NCBI GenBank assembly: GCA_903900155.1
Contig: CAIUMD010000025.1
Location: forward strand, 22,458 to 86,457
Length of the DNA: 64,000 nt
Origin: an uncultured Caulobacterales bacterium
GTDB taxonomy: Bacteria > Pseudomonadota > Alphaproteobacteria > Caulobacterales > Caulobacteraceae
Direction: 5' to 3'
In this document: positions 37,435-45,593 of the stretch, in pieces
Numbering within the stretch: position 1 is the first letter of the stretch
Layout: every line of letters begins with the position of its first letter
Program-made: the position numbers and the translations under genes
Notes under the pieces: generated by a model
Told to the model about the DNA's origin: nothing
Database searches by the model: none
Seen by the model: only the letters and a program-made list of their open reading frames with translations

Positions 37435-38271
37435 ATGGCGGTGGAAGCGCCCATCGTCGACTGCCACGCGCATGTCTTCACGCGGGACCTGCCGCTGATC
37501 GCCGACGCCTGGAACGCGCCGGCCTACGACTACACCCCCCAGGACTATCTGGCCGCGCTGGACCGCCAGGGCATCCATTTCGGCGTCCTGTCAGGTCTGA
37601 GCATTTCGGGGACCTACAACGAGTACACGATCGCGGCCGCCAGGCTGAGCCCGCGCCTGCGCGCCACGGCCATCGTCGCGCCGAGCGCCGACATCCACAC
37701 GCTGCGCCAGATGCGCGACGACGGGGTGGTCGGGATCCGCTTCCAGCTGGTCCGCAAGGCCGTGCTGCCGGACTTTACCGACGAGGCCCACCGCCTGCTG
37801 CTGCGTCGCGTGCGCGATCTGGACTGGCATGTCCATGTGGCGATCGAGGGCGAGCGGATGCAGCCGACCCTGGCGGCGCTGGAGGCCTCCGGCGTCAAGC
37901 TGGTGCTGGACCATTTCGCCCATCCCGAACCCGACAAGGGCGTCGCCTGTCCGGGCTTCCAGTCGGCCATCGACGCCGTGCAGCGCGGCAAGGCCTGGAT
38001 CAAGCTGGCGGCCGGCTTCCGCCTGGGCGGCCCCGACACCTGGCGAGACCCCGACCTGCCGCGCGCCGAGGCCATCGCGAACGCCGCCGCCGCCGAGCTG
38101 ATGGCCCGCGTCGGGCCCGAGCGTCTGCTGTGGGGCAGCGACGCGCCGTTCGTCGGCTACGAGGGCTGCATGACCTACGACCGCGCCCTGGCGCAGCTTC
38201 AGGCCTGGGCGCCCGACCCGGCGACGCGGCGGGCGCTGTCGGACACGGCGCTGCGGTTCTACTTCGCCTGA
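37435..38271 (+). CDS. Amidohydrolase_2 family protein (LigI / lactonase / decarboxylase-type metal hydrolase)
   Basis: ATG at 37435, 2 nt after the SDR stop. IVDCHAHVF His pair, ...LVLDHFAHP..., ...LLWGSDAPF. Confidence 0.8.
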   Translation: MAVEAPIVDCHAHVFTRDLPLIADAWNAPAYDYTPQDYLAALDRQGIHFGVLSGLSISGTYNEYTIAAARLSPRLRATAIVAPSADIHTLRQMRDDGVVGIRFQLVRKAVLPDFTDEAHRLLLRRVRDLDWHVHVAIEGERMQPTLAALEASGVKLVLDHFAHPEPDKGVACPGFQSAIDAVQRGKAWIKLAAGFRLGGPDTWRDPDLPRAEAIANAAAAELMARVGPERLLWGSDAPFVGYEGCMTYDRALAQLQAWAPDPATRRALSDTALRFYFA

Positions 38272-38395
38272 GGCGGCAAATTTCGGCGCCCGTCGGGACA
38301 AGTCCCCGGACGCTCGCGCGATACGCTGGATCGGATACGGTCCTGACCAACAAGAGACGCGGGACCTCCCGCGCGGAGCATAGGATGGAACGCCC

Positions 38396-39724
38396 ATGAT
38401 GGCCTGGTACCGCGAGGCGGACCGCAAGACCCGTCGCGTCTTCTGGACATGCGGCGCCGGCTGGGCGATGGACAGCGCCGACGGCCTGGTCTTCCAGTAC
38501 ATGATCCCGGTCCTGGTCGCCGCCTTCGGCATGACCCTGACCGAGGCCAGCTACATCGCCTCGGCCAACTACATCGCCGCCGCCCTGGGCGGCTGGCTGG
38601 GCGGCTGGCTCAGCGACCGGTTCGGCCGGGCCCGCATCCTGCAGCTGACCATCCTGTGGTTCTCGTTCTTCTCGTTCGTCTCGGGCTTCGCCCAGAACTA
38701 CGAGCAGCTGTTCGCCGCGCGGATTCTGCAGGGGATCGGCTTCGGGGCCGAGTGGGCGGTCGGGGCCGTGCTGCTGGGTGAGATGATCGCGCCCAAGCAT
38801 CGCGGCAAGGCGCTGGGCGTCGTCCACAGCGGGGCCGCGATCGGCTCGGGGATCGCGGCCCTGCTGGCCGGCCCGTTCGCCGCCCTGTTCCCGGCCGACA
38901 TCGGCTGGCGGGCGGTGTTCTGGATCGGCCTCTTGCCGGCGCTGCTGGTGTTCTTCGTGCGCCGGGGCTCGGACGATCCCGAGATCTACCGCGCCGCCCA
39001 GCAGCGCGCCGCCGAAACCGGCCGCAGGCCGATGATCGCCGACATCTTCGGCAAGCGCATCCTGCGCACCACCGTCCTGGCCTCGCTGCTGTCGCTGGGT
39101 ACGCAAGGCGCGGCCTTCGCCATCAGCGCCTACCTGACCAGCTTCCTGACCCTGGAGCGCCACATGAGCGTCTCCTTGGCCGGGACCTGCGTGATGATCA
39201 ACAGCGCCGGCGGCTTCTTCGGCTTCCTGGTCAACGCCTACATCTCCGACCGCATCGGACGGCGCGGTGCGTTCCGCCTGTTCGGCGCCGGCTTCATCCT
39301 GTCGGCGGCGATCTACCTGTTCGCTCCGGTCGGCGACTCCGCCGTCTTCCTGATCCCGGCCGGCTTCGTCTACGGCTTCTTCCAGTTCGGCATCTACGCC
39401 TCGTTCGGCCCGTACTTCACCGAGCTCTTCCCGACCGAGGTGCGCGCGACGGGCCAGGCCTTCGCCTACAACCTGGGCCGCGGCGGCAGCGCGCTGCTGA
39501 TCACCGGCGTGGCCCTCCTGGCCAAGACCCTGCCGCTGAGCGTGGCCATGGCGGCGCTGGCGATCCTGGCCATGACCGGCTCGTTCCTGACCACCCTGCT
39601 GCTGCCCGAGACGGTCGGCCGCGAACTGCACAGCCTGGGCGACGATCCCGCCGCCGAGACGGCGGGCAAGCAACAGCGCCCCGTCGAGCAAGACGCCGTC
39701 GGCGCGGCCAATACGGTCGGCTGA
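38396..39724 (+). CDS. MFS transporter
   Basis: 442 aa with about 12 hydrophobic segments. The LSDRFGRAR loop 2-3 motif is typical of MFS. Confidence 0.88.
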   Translation: MMAWYREADRKTRRVFWTCGAGWAMDSADGLVFQYMIPVLVAAFGMTLTEASYIASANYIAAALGGWLGGWLSDRFGRARILQLTILWFSFFSFVSGFAQNYEQLFAARILQGIGFGAEWAVGAVLLGEMIAPKHRGKALGVVHSGAAIGSGIAALLAGPFAALFPADIGWRAVFWIGLLPALLVFFVRRGSDDPEIYRAAQQRAAETGRRPMIADIFGKRILRTTVLASLLSLGTQGAAFAISAYLTSFLTLERHMSVSLAGTCVMINSAGGFFGFLVNAYISDRIGRRGAFRLFGAGFILSAAIYLFAPVGDSAVFLIPAGFVYGFFQFGIYASFGPYFTELFPTEVRATGQAFAYNLGRGGSALLITGVALLAKTLPLSVAMAALAILAMTGSFLTTLLLPETVGRELHSLGDDPAAETAGKQQRPVEQDAVGAANTVG

Positions 39725-39746
39725 GACCTTTTCGAGGACCCGATAG

Positions 39747-40193
39747 ATGTACAATCCCAAGCTTGCCGAACTGACTTTCGAGCTGCAGCAGCAGCTGGCC
39801 GACTACTGGCACGAAATCGACACCAACGGCGGCCGTGAGGCCCATGGCTATTATACCGACGACGCCGTTTTCCATGGCCAGAAGGCCTCGTACGAGGGCA
39901 AGGCCAAGATCCAGGCGTTCTACGACTGGCGCATCGCCCAGGGGCCGCGCCTGGCCGTGCACAGCTTCACCAATTTCCGCGCCTGGTTCACCGGCGAGGA
40001 TACGGCCGAGAGCAGCTGCTACCTGTTCCTGTACGCCGCAAACGGCGAGAAGATCCTGCGCAGCGAGCCGCCGATCTCGATCTCGATGGCCACCGACAAG
40101 CACCAGCGCGTCGGCGACCGCTGGCTGTGCACTTACCGCCGGTTCGAGCACTGGTTCGAGGGCGACACGCCCATCACCAATCCCAAGCTCTGA
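39747..40193 (+). CDS. SnoaL-like / NTF2-superfamily protein
   Basis: 148 aa. Its size and pattern (..YWHEID......YYTDDAVF.......G...I..FY...) resemble SnoaL-like or ring-hydroxylating-dioxygenase-beta-like folds. The assignment is tentative. Confidence 0.55.
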   Translation: MYNPKLAELTFELQQQLADYWHEIDTNGGREAHGYYTDDAVFHGQKASYEGKAKIQAFYDWRIAQGPRLAVHSFTNFRAWFTGEDTAESSCYLFLYAANGEKILRSEPPISISMATDKHQRVGDRWLCTYRRFEHWFEGDTPITNPKL

Positions 40194-40220
40194 TCCGCGC
40201 TCCAGAAGAGAGGTCGACCG

Positions 40221-41147
40221 ATGTCCACGATGTATGCCGACGCGGATCCCCGCTCGAAGCTGGCGACCGCCACGGCCGCCGCCACCCCGACCGTCACCGA
40301 CGGCTTCGGCGCCTCGTCCTACGCCCTGTTCGGCGAGAGCCCGCCGCAGATCGACGACGAGACCGGCCGCACCTGGCTGACCCGCGGGGCCAACTTCATC
40401 GTCGCTTACACCCTGGCCAAGCCGGGCGCGACGCTGGAGCGCAAGGGCCAGATCGACGAGTACGTCCTGCTGATCGAGTCCCCGGAACCATGGGCGCTGA
40501 TCAAGGCCGGCGGTGAGACAGTCGAGATGACCGGCGAGCACATCGCCTTCATTCCGCCGGGCGACAGCCGCATCGAGCTGCCCGACGGCGGCGAGATCGT
40601 GCGCCTGTTCACCACCGCCTCAGAGGACCTCGTGGCCCTCTGCTCGAACGTCGAGACCTACGCCGGCGGCGCGCCGCACATCCCGCCGCTGGTCCGCTGG
40701 CCCGATCCGCCGGGCGGCTTCAAGGTCCGCAAATATGCGCTGAACGTGCCCGCCCAGGACGGGCGTTTCGGCCGGATCTGGCGCTGCACGACCTTCATGA
40801 TCAACGTGTTCGAGCCGGCCGCGCCGCGCGATCCCAACAAGCTGTCGCCGCACTTCCACGACGACTTCGAGCAGGGGTCGTTGGCCATGGGCGGCAGCTT
40901 CGTCCACCACCTGCGCTGGCCCTGGACGGCCAAGCTGTCGGACTGGCGCGACGACGAGCACGTGACCTGCCCGGCGCCGTCGATCGCGGTGATCCCGGCC
41001 AGGGCGATCCACACCTCGGCCTCGGTCGCGCCGGGCATGGGCAACCTGCTGGTCGACATCTTCTCGCCGCCGCGCAAGGACTTCTCGGACATGGCCGGAT
41101 GGGTGCTGAACGCCGACGACTATCCGGCTCCCTCGGCGGAGGCGTGA
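40221..41147 (+). CDS. Hypothetical 308-aa protein (possibly a two-cupin fold)
   Basis: ORF with an AGAGAGG SD-like sequence, translationally coupled to the next gene (ATGA-type overlap). Two beta-rich halves, with His-containing segment SPHFHDDFEQGS. No confident family. Confidence 0.5.
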   Translation: MSTMYADADPRSKLATATAAATPTVTDGFGASSYALFGESPPQIDDETGRTWLTRGANFIVAYTLAKPGATLERKGQIDEYVLLIESPEPWALIKAGGETVEMTGEHIAFIPPGDSRIELPDGGEIVRLFTTASEDLVALCSNVETYAGGAPHIPPLVRWPDPPGGFKVRKYALNVPAQDGRFGRIWRCTTFMINVFEPAAPRDPNKLSPHFHDDFEQGSLAMGGSFVHHLRWPWTAKLSDWRDDEHVTCPAPSIAVIPARAIHTSASVAPGMGNLLVDIFSPPRKDFSDMAGWVLNADDYPAPSAEA

Positions 41148-41932
41148 TGCACCCTCACAGTGAAATCCAGCGTCGGTTCCGCCAGCGTCTCGAGGGCCGT
41201 GAACGGCTGCTGGGCACGTTCCTGAAGACCGCCACCGGCCACGCGACCGAGATCCTCGGCGGGGCGGGCTTCGACTTCGTGGTGGTCGACGCCGAGCACG
41301 CGCCGTTCTCGACGAGCGACATCGACCTCATGATGCTGGCCGCTCGCGCGGCCGGTATCCCCAGCGTGGTCCGTGTCGCGTCCAGCGACGAGCACCACCT
41401 GCTGCAGGCCCTGGACTGCGGCGCGGCCGGCGTGCTGACGCCGCACGTGACCAGCGCCGCCAAGCTGCGCGAGATCGTCTCGGCCTGCCGCTATCGCGGC
41501 GGCGCGCGAGGCTTTTCCAACTCGCCACGGGCGGGGGAATACGGGGCGCGTGGTTTCGCCGACCACATGGCCAATGCCGACGCCTCGACCGCGATCATCG
41601 CCATGATCGAGGACCCGGAAGCCATCGACCAGCTGGACGCGATCTTCACGGTCGAGGGACTGACGGCCGCCTTCATCGGCCGCGGCGACCTCTCGGCGCG
41701 GCTGGGCGCGCCCAATGTCAGTGATCCGATGATCGCCGAGGTGGTGGCGCGGATCACCGAAGCCGCCCGCAGGCACGGCGTGCCGCTGATCGCCCACGTC
41801 GGCTCAGGCGCCGATCCCGACGTGGCGCGGTTGGGGGAGGCGGGCGTGACCGGCTTCCTGGTCTCGTCCGATCAGGGCCTGCTGCGCCAGGGCGCCTTGG
41901 CCGCCCGCAAGGCGTTCGACAGTCAAGGGTGA
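41147..41932 (+). CDS. HpcH/HpaI family aldolase (2-keto-3-deoxy-acid aldolase type)
   Basis: The ATG at 41147 overlaps the preceding stop. ...GFDFVVVDAEHAPF... and ...MIEDPEA... motifs. Confidence 0.85.
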   Translation: MHPHSEIQRRFRQRLEGRERLLGTFLKTATGHATEILGGAGFDFVVVDAEHAPFSTSDIDLMMLAARAAGIPSVVRVASSDEHHLLQALDCGAAGVLTPHVTSAAKLREIVSACRYRGGARGFSNSPRAGEYGARGFADHMANADASTAIIAMIEDPEAIDQLDAIFTVEGLTAAFIGRGDLSARLGAPNVSDPMIAEVVARITEAARRHGVPLIAHVGSGADPDVARLGEAGVTGFLVSSDQGLLRQGALAARKAFDSQG

Positions 41933-41933
41933 C

Positions 41934-42848
41934 ATGGACAAGCTTTTCGACACCCACGCCCACCTGATCGCCGACGACTGGGAGCGCTACAGGGCGCGGC
42001 CGTTCACGCCCGATCTGCCGGTCCCCGACCGCCCGAACTACAGCGTCACGGCCGACGCCCTGATCGGCATGATGGACACGCATCACGTCGAACGCGCCTG
42101 CCTCGTCCAGCGCGGCCACGTGTACGGCTACGACAACAGCTACATCCTGGACGCCGCGCACGAATATCCTGGGCGGCTGCATCCCGTCGTCATCCTGGAT
42201 GCGCAGGACCCCCAGACCCCGGCGCTTTATCGCGAGATGGTCCGCGACCACCACTGCCGGGGCTTCCGGATGGCCAACGCCCGGCCCTGGCTGCTGGACA
42301 CCGCCTGGATGAGCTCGCCGGCGGCCATGGAGGTCTGGAAAGCCTGCGCCGATCTCGGCACGCCGATGACCATGATCATGTTCATGAACCAGTTGCCGTA
42401 TCTGCTGCCGCTGGTGAAGATCATCGCCAGGCAGTTCCCGGACCTGCCGATCCTCCTCGATCACGGCGCCATGCCGTTCGGCATGACCCAGTACGAGGTC
42501 AAGCTGGCGGAAGAGGCGGGCGAGACGGTGGTCATGCCACCGGCCCCGGACTTTGGCGTCGACCGCACGATCAAGATCTTCGAGGACGTCCCGAACGTCC
42601 ATTTCAAGATCACCGAGATCAATTTCGAGCGCTGCGTCGCCGCCGACGTGCGCGCCGCGCGGATCGTTCGCCGCATGGTCGACAGCTTCGGCCCAGATCG
42701 CTTGATATGGGGCTCCGACATCGGCCAGAGCATGCGATGGACCTATCGAGAGAAGACGCGAATGGCCCGAGAAGCGACCGACTTCCTGAGTCTGGACGAA
42801 CGTCGCAAAGTCCTACACGACAACGCTGCACGTCTTTACGATCTCTAG
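41934..42848 (+). CDS. Amidohydrolase_2 family protein (second copy in the cluster)
   Basis: 304 aa. LFDTHAHLI His pair, ...ILLDHGAMP..., ...LIWGSDIGQ. Starts 2 nt after the aldolase stop. Confidence 0.8.
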   Translation: MDKLFDTHAHLIADDWERYRARPFTPDLPVPDRPNYSVTADALIGMMDTHHVERACLVQRGHVYGYDNSYILDAAHEYPGRLHPVVILDAQDPQTPALYREMVRDHHCRGFRMANARPWLLDTAWMSSPAAMEVWKACADLGTPMTMIMFMNQLPYLLPLVKIIARQFPDLPILLDHGAMPFGMTQYEVKLAEEAGETVVMPPAPDFGVDRTIKIFEDVPNVHFKITEINFERCVAADVRAARIVRRMVDSFGPDRLIWGSDIGQSMRWTYREKTRMAREATDFLSLDERRKVLHDNAARLYDL

Positions 42849-43188
42849 GCCCCCATCGTCATTGGACTCCGAATTGCGCTAAGTGTTCAGCCCCGAAGTC
42901 AAGTGGACAGGGTCGGATGTGAAGCGGTTTGGTTGTCCGCGCCGGCCTTGATCCTACTGTGGCGATACCAAGCCGCTGGCCACTCCTGTGTTGGGAATTG
43001 CCGATCATCCTCGAGCGGATCAGCGACGATGCAGAAGGCCATGCGTGTGCGGAGAAGCCGCGCATCGGCCTGTCTCGGCGGGGGCCGGCCGACCGCCTTC
43101 TCAGGGGCCTGGGCCGGGGGCGGACGCTGGTCGACGTCAATCGATAGCCTTCAGCGACGAGGCCCGTGAAAATAAATCCGCGGCTCTG

Positions 43189-43217
43189 GGAATGAAGCCG
43201 TCCCGCGCGGTGTCTCA
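43189..43217 (+). promoter_or_regulatory. Candidate ECF-type promoter (GGAATGA-N17-TCTCA)
   Basis: Read directly, about 27-55 nt upstream of the DUF305 start. It resembles GGAAC-N16/17-TCT/CGT ECF promoters. Weak evidence. Confidence 0.3.
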
Positions 43218-43243
43218 CCCATACCCATCGAGGAATAGAACCC

Positions 43244-43624
43244 ATGCCTCCCGCCAGATTCCTGATCCCCGGACTGTTGCTGCTGACCGCCGCCGGCCCG
43301 GCCCCTCTCCCTGCTGAGCGGTTCACCAAGGCCATGGACGCAGCCATGGGCCGGATGATGACCGACATGCATGTCCCGTCCTCCGGCGATGTCGACCGCG
43401 ACTTCGTGGCGATGATGATCCCCCATCACCAGGGCGCGATCGACATGGCGGTTGCGCAGATCCAGTACGGCAAGGATCCTGTTCTCAAGCGCATCGCCCA
43501 GGAGATCATCGTCGAGCAGCAGCAGGAGATCGCCGCCATGCGCATGGCGGTCGGCCAGCCCCTCCCCCCTTCCGTCCCCGTACCGACCCAGCCGGCCCTT
43601 TCGCACCAGGACCACCGCCCATGA
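43244..43624 (+). CDS. DUF305 family protein (secreted, four-helix-bundle, metal-associated)
   Basis: 126 aa. Signal-like N-terminus, DRDFVAMMIPHHQGAIDMA and ...AQEIIVEQQQEIAAM, typical of DUF305. Confidence 0.8.
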   Translation: MPPARFLIPGLLLLTAAGPAPLPAERFTKAMDAAMGRMMTDMHVPSSGDVDRDFVAMMIPHHQGAIDMAVAQIQYGKDPVLKRIAQEIIVEQQQEIAAMRMAVGQPLPPSVPVPTQPALSHQDHRP

Positions 43625-45063
43625 GAAAGCTGCTCGCTATCGCCACAGTCGCAGGCGTGGCCATCGCGGGACCAGTCCTCGCGCAGAGCGCCCAGGCGCC
43701 CTGGGGGCGGACGATCCCCACCGGCCCCGGCGACCGCGTCTACACCGCCGATCAGTTCTCCAACACCGTCTCGGTCGTCGATCCGACCGCGGGAAAGCTG
43801 CTGGGCGTCATCAGGCTGGGCGACACCCAGCCGACCACCTTCAGCCCGCTCTACAAGGGCCAGGTGCTCGTGCACGGCCTGGGGGCATCGCCCGACGGAA
43901 AGACCCTGGCCGTTATCTCGATCGGGTCCAACGCCGTGTCGTTCATCGATACGGAGACCAACACGGTCAAGCACACCACCTATATCGGCCGCAGCCCGCA
44001 CGAGGCGTTCTTCACGCCCGACGGCAAGGCGCTGTGGGTGACGGTGCGCGGCGAGGACTACGTCTCGGTGCTGGACCCCGTCACCTACCAGGAGACGGCC
44101 CGGCTGAAGACCCCGGCCGGTCCCGGCATGACGATCTTCTCGCCGGACGGCAAGTACGGCTATGTCTGCTCGTCCTTCAATCCCGAGCTGACCGTGTTCG
44201 ACGTCGCCACCCACGCCGTCGCCGGCAAGGTCGCGCAACCCAGCCCCTTCTGCCCCAACATCGCGGCCACGGCCGACGGCAAGCAGGTCTGGTACACGCT
44301 CAAGGACATCGGCAAGACGGTGGTCATCGACGCCAGGCCGCCGTTCGCCACGCTGAAGGTGCTCGACACCGGGCCGATCACCAACCACGTCAACTTCGCC
44401 GCCACGCCCAAGGGCCAGTTCGCCTATGTGACCGTCGGCGGCCTGGGCGAGATCCAAGTCTATCGCACCGACACCTTCGAGAAGACGGCCACGATCCCCG
44501 TCGGCCGCCTGCCGCATGGAACCTGGCCTTCCAGCGACGGTCGCACCCTCTTCGTCGGGCTCGAGAACGACGACGAGCTGGCGGTGATCGACACCCGGAC
44601 CAACACGGTCGTGCAAAAGATCCCGGTGGGCCAGGCGCCCCAGGCGATCACCTTCGTGGCCGGCGCTGTCGGCGCGGACGTGAAAGGCGCCGACCAGGCC
44701 CATCTCCAGCCGTTGGGCGCGGCGGCCAACACCACCAAGCTCAGCCTGACCGCGGACGGCAAGGCGGTCTCGACGATCACCCTGTTCGACCAGGGTGTAA
44801 TCCAGATCCTGCAGGGCGGCGTCGCCGGCCTCAAGCCCAAACAGGCCTATCAGCTGGTCCTGACCAGCCAGCCCGACGGCGGCGGCGAGGTCGAGCCCCT
44901 GGCCAACTTCACCACGAACCCCGCCGGCGGGGCCGTGGTCAGCGCCTCTGGCCCCATTCGCCAGATCGTCCAGGACCGCGCCCCCGCCTTCCGCCGCTAT
45001 CTCGCCATCCGCGAGGGCGCCCCGGACGCTCCGGGGCCCATCGTCCAGGCGCAGCAGCGTTAG
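43621..45063 (+). CDS. Secreted YVTN/YncE-like beta-propeller protein with extra C-terminal domain
   Basis: 480 aa. Signal peptide MRKLLAIATVAGVAIAGPVLAQS. Repeated ...P.G...SPDGK..YV... blades. About 110 aa of C-terminal beta-rich extension. The ATG overlaps the DUF305 stop (ATGA). Confidence 0.75.
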   Translation: MRKLLAIATVAGVAIAGPVLAQSAQAPWGRTIPTGPGDRVYTADQFSNTVSVVDPTAGKLLGVIRLGDTQPTTFSPLYKGQVLVHGLGASPDGKTLAVISIGSNAVSFIDTETNTVKHTTYIGRSPHEAFFTPDGKALWVTVRGEDYVSVLDPVTYQETARLKTPAGPGMTIFSPDGKYGYVCSSFNPELTVFDVATHAVAGKVAQPSPFCPNIAATADGKQVWYTLKDIGKTVVIDARPPFATLKVLDTGPITNHVNFAATPKGQFAYVTVGGLGEIQVYRTDTFEKTATIPVGRLPHGTWPSSDGRTLFVGLENDDELAVIDTRTNTVVQKIPVGQAPQAITFVAGAVGADVKGADQAHLQPLGAAANTTKLSLTADGKAVSTITLFDQGVIQILQGGVAGLKPKQAYQLVLTSQPDGGGEVEPLANFTTNPAGGAVVSASGPIRQIVQDRAPAFRRYLAIREGAPDAPGPIVQAQQR

Positions 45064-45068
45064 AGCCG

Positions 45069-45593
45069 ATGCGCGACATGATGGTCATCGTCGAGCCTGT
45101 CATCCCGCGTCTGCGGCGCTACGCGCGCGCGCTGATGCGGGATGCGGCGCTGGCCGATGATCTCGTGCAGGACTGCCTTGAACGGGCGATCACCCGCTGG
45201 CATCAGCGGCGAAGCGACGGCGACGCCCAGACCTGGCTTTTCACCATCCTGCACAACCTGGCCAGCAACCAGAGACGCCAGTGGGCCAGACGAGGCCCCC
45301 ATGTGCCGATCGACGAGATTTCACAGGACGGTCTGGCCAGCCCAGCCGAGCAGGAAGCCGGCCTCGAGCAGACCGCGGTTCTGGCGGCTCTGGATCGGCT
45401 GCCGGAGGATCAGCGCGCGGTTGTGCTCCTGATCAGCATCGAGGACCTCAGCTACGCCGAAGCCGCGCGCGTGCTTGGCGTGCCGGTCGGCACCGTCATG
45501 TCGCGGCTTTCGCGCGCCCGGCAAAGGCTTCGGGAAGACCTGGCCGGCCAGGTCGCGCCCTCGGCGCCCCCGCATCTCAGGAGGATCAAGTGA
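45069..45593 (+). CDS. ECF (group IV) sigma-70 family sigma factor
   Basis: 175 aa from the ATG at 45069. Region 2 DLVQDCLERA...WLFTILHN, region 4 LSYAEAARVLGVPVGTVMSRLSRAR. Confidence 0.9.
   Translation: MRDMMVIVEPVIPRLRRYARALMRDAALADDLVQDCLERAITRWHQRRSDGDAQTWLFTILHNLASNQRRQWARRGPHVPIDEISQDGLASPAEQEAGLEQTAVLAALDRLPEDQRAVVLLISIEDLSYAEAARVLGVPVGTVMSRLSRARQRLREDLAGQVAPSAPPHLRRIK

Noticed and set aside
42859-43368. 169-aa minus-strand ORF, and the 72-109-aa plus-strand ORFs, in the spacer before the DUF305 gene
   Set aside because: They are mutually overlapping with no motifs, and one runs antisense into the DUF305 start. They are more likely noncoding or degraded sequence.
43452-45593. 713-aa ORF that would fuse the DUF305/propeller region to the ECF sigma factor
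   Set aside because: Only the last 175 aa, from the ATG at 45069, look like a sigma factor. The upstream part is the wrong frame of the beta-propeller gene, which has its own signal peptide and start.
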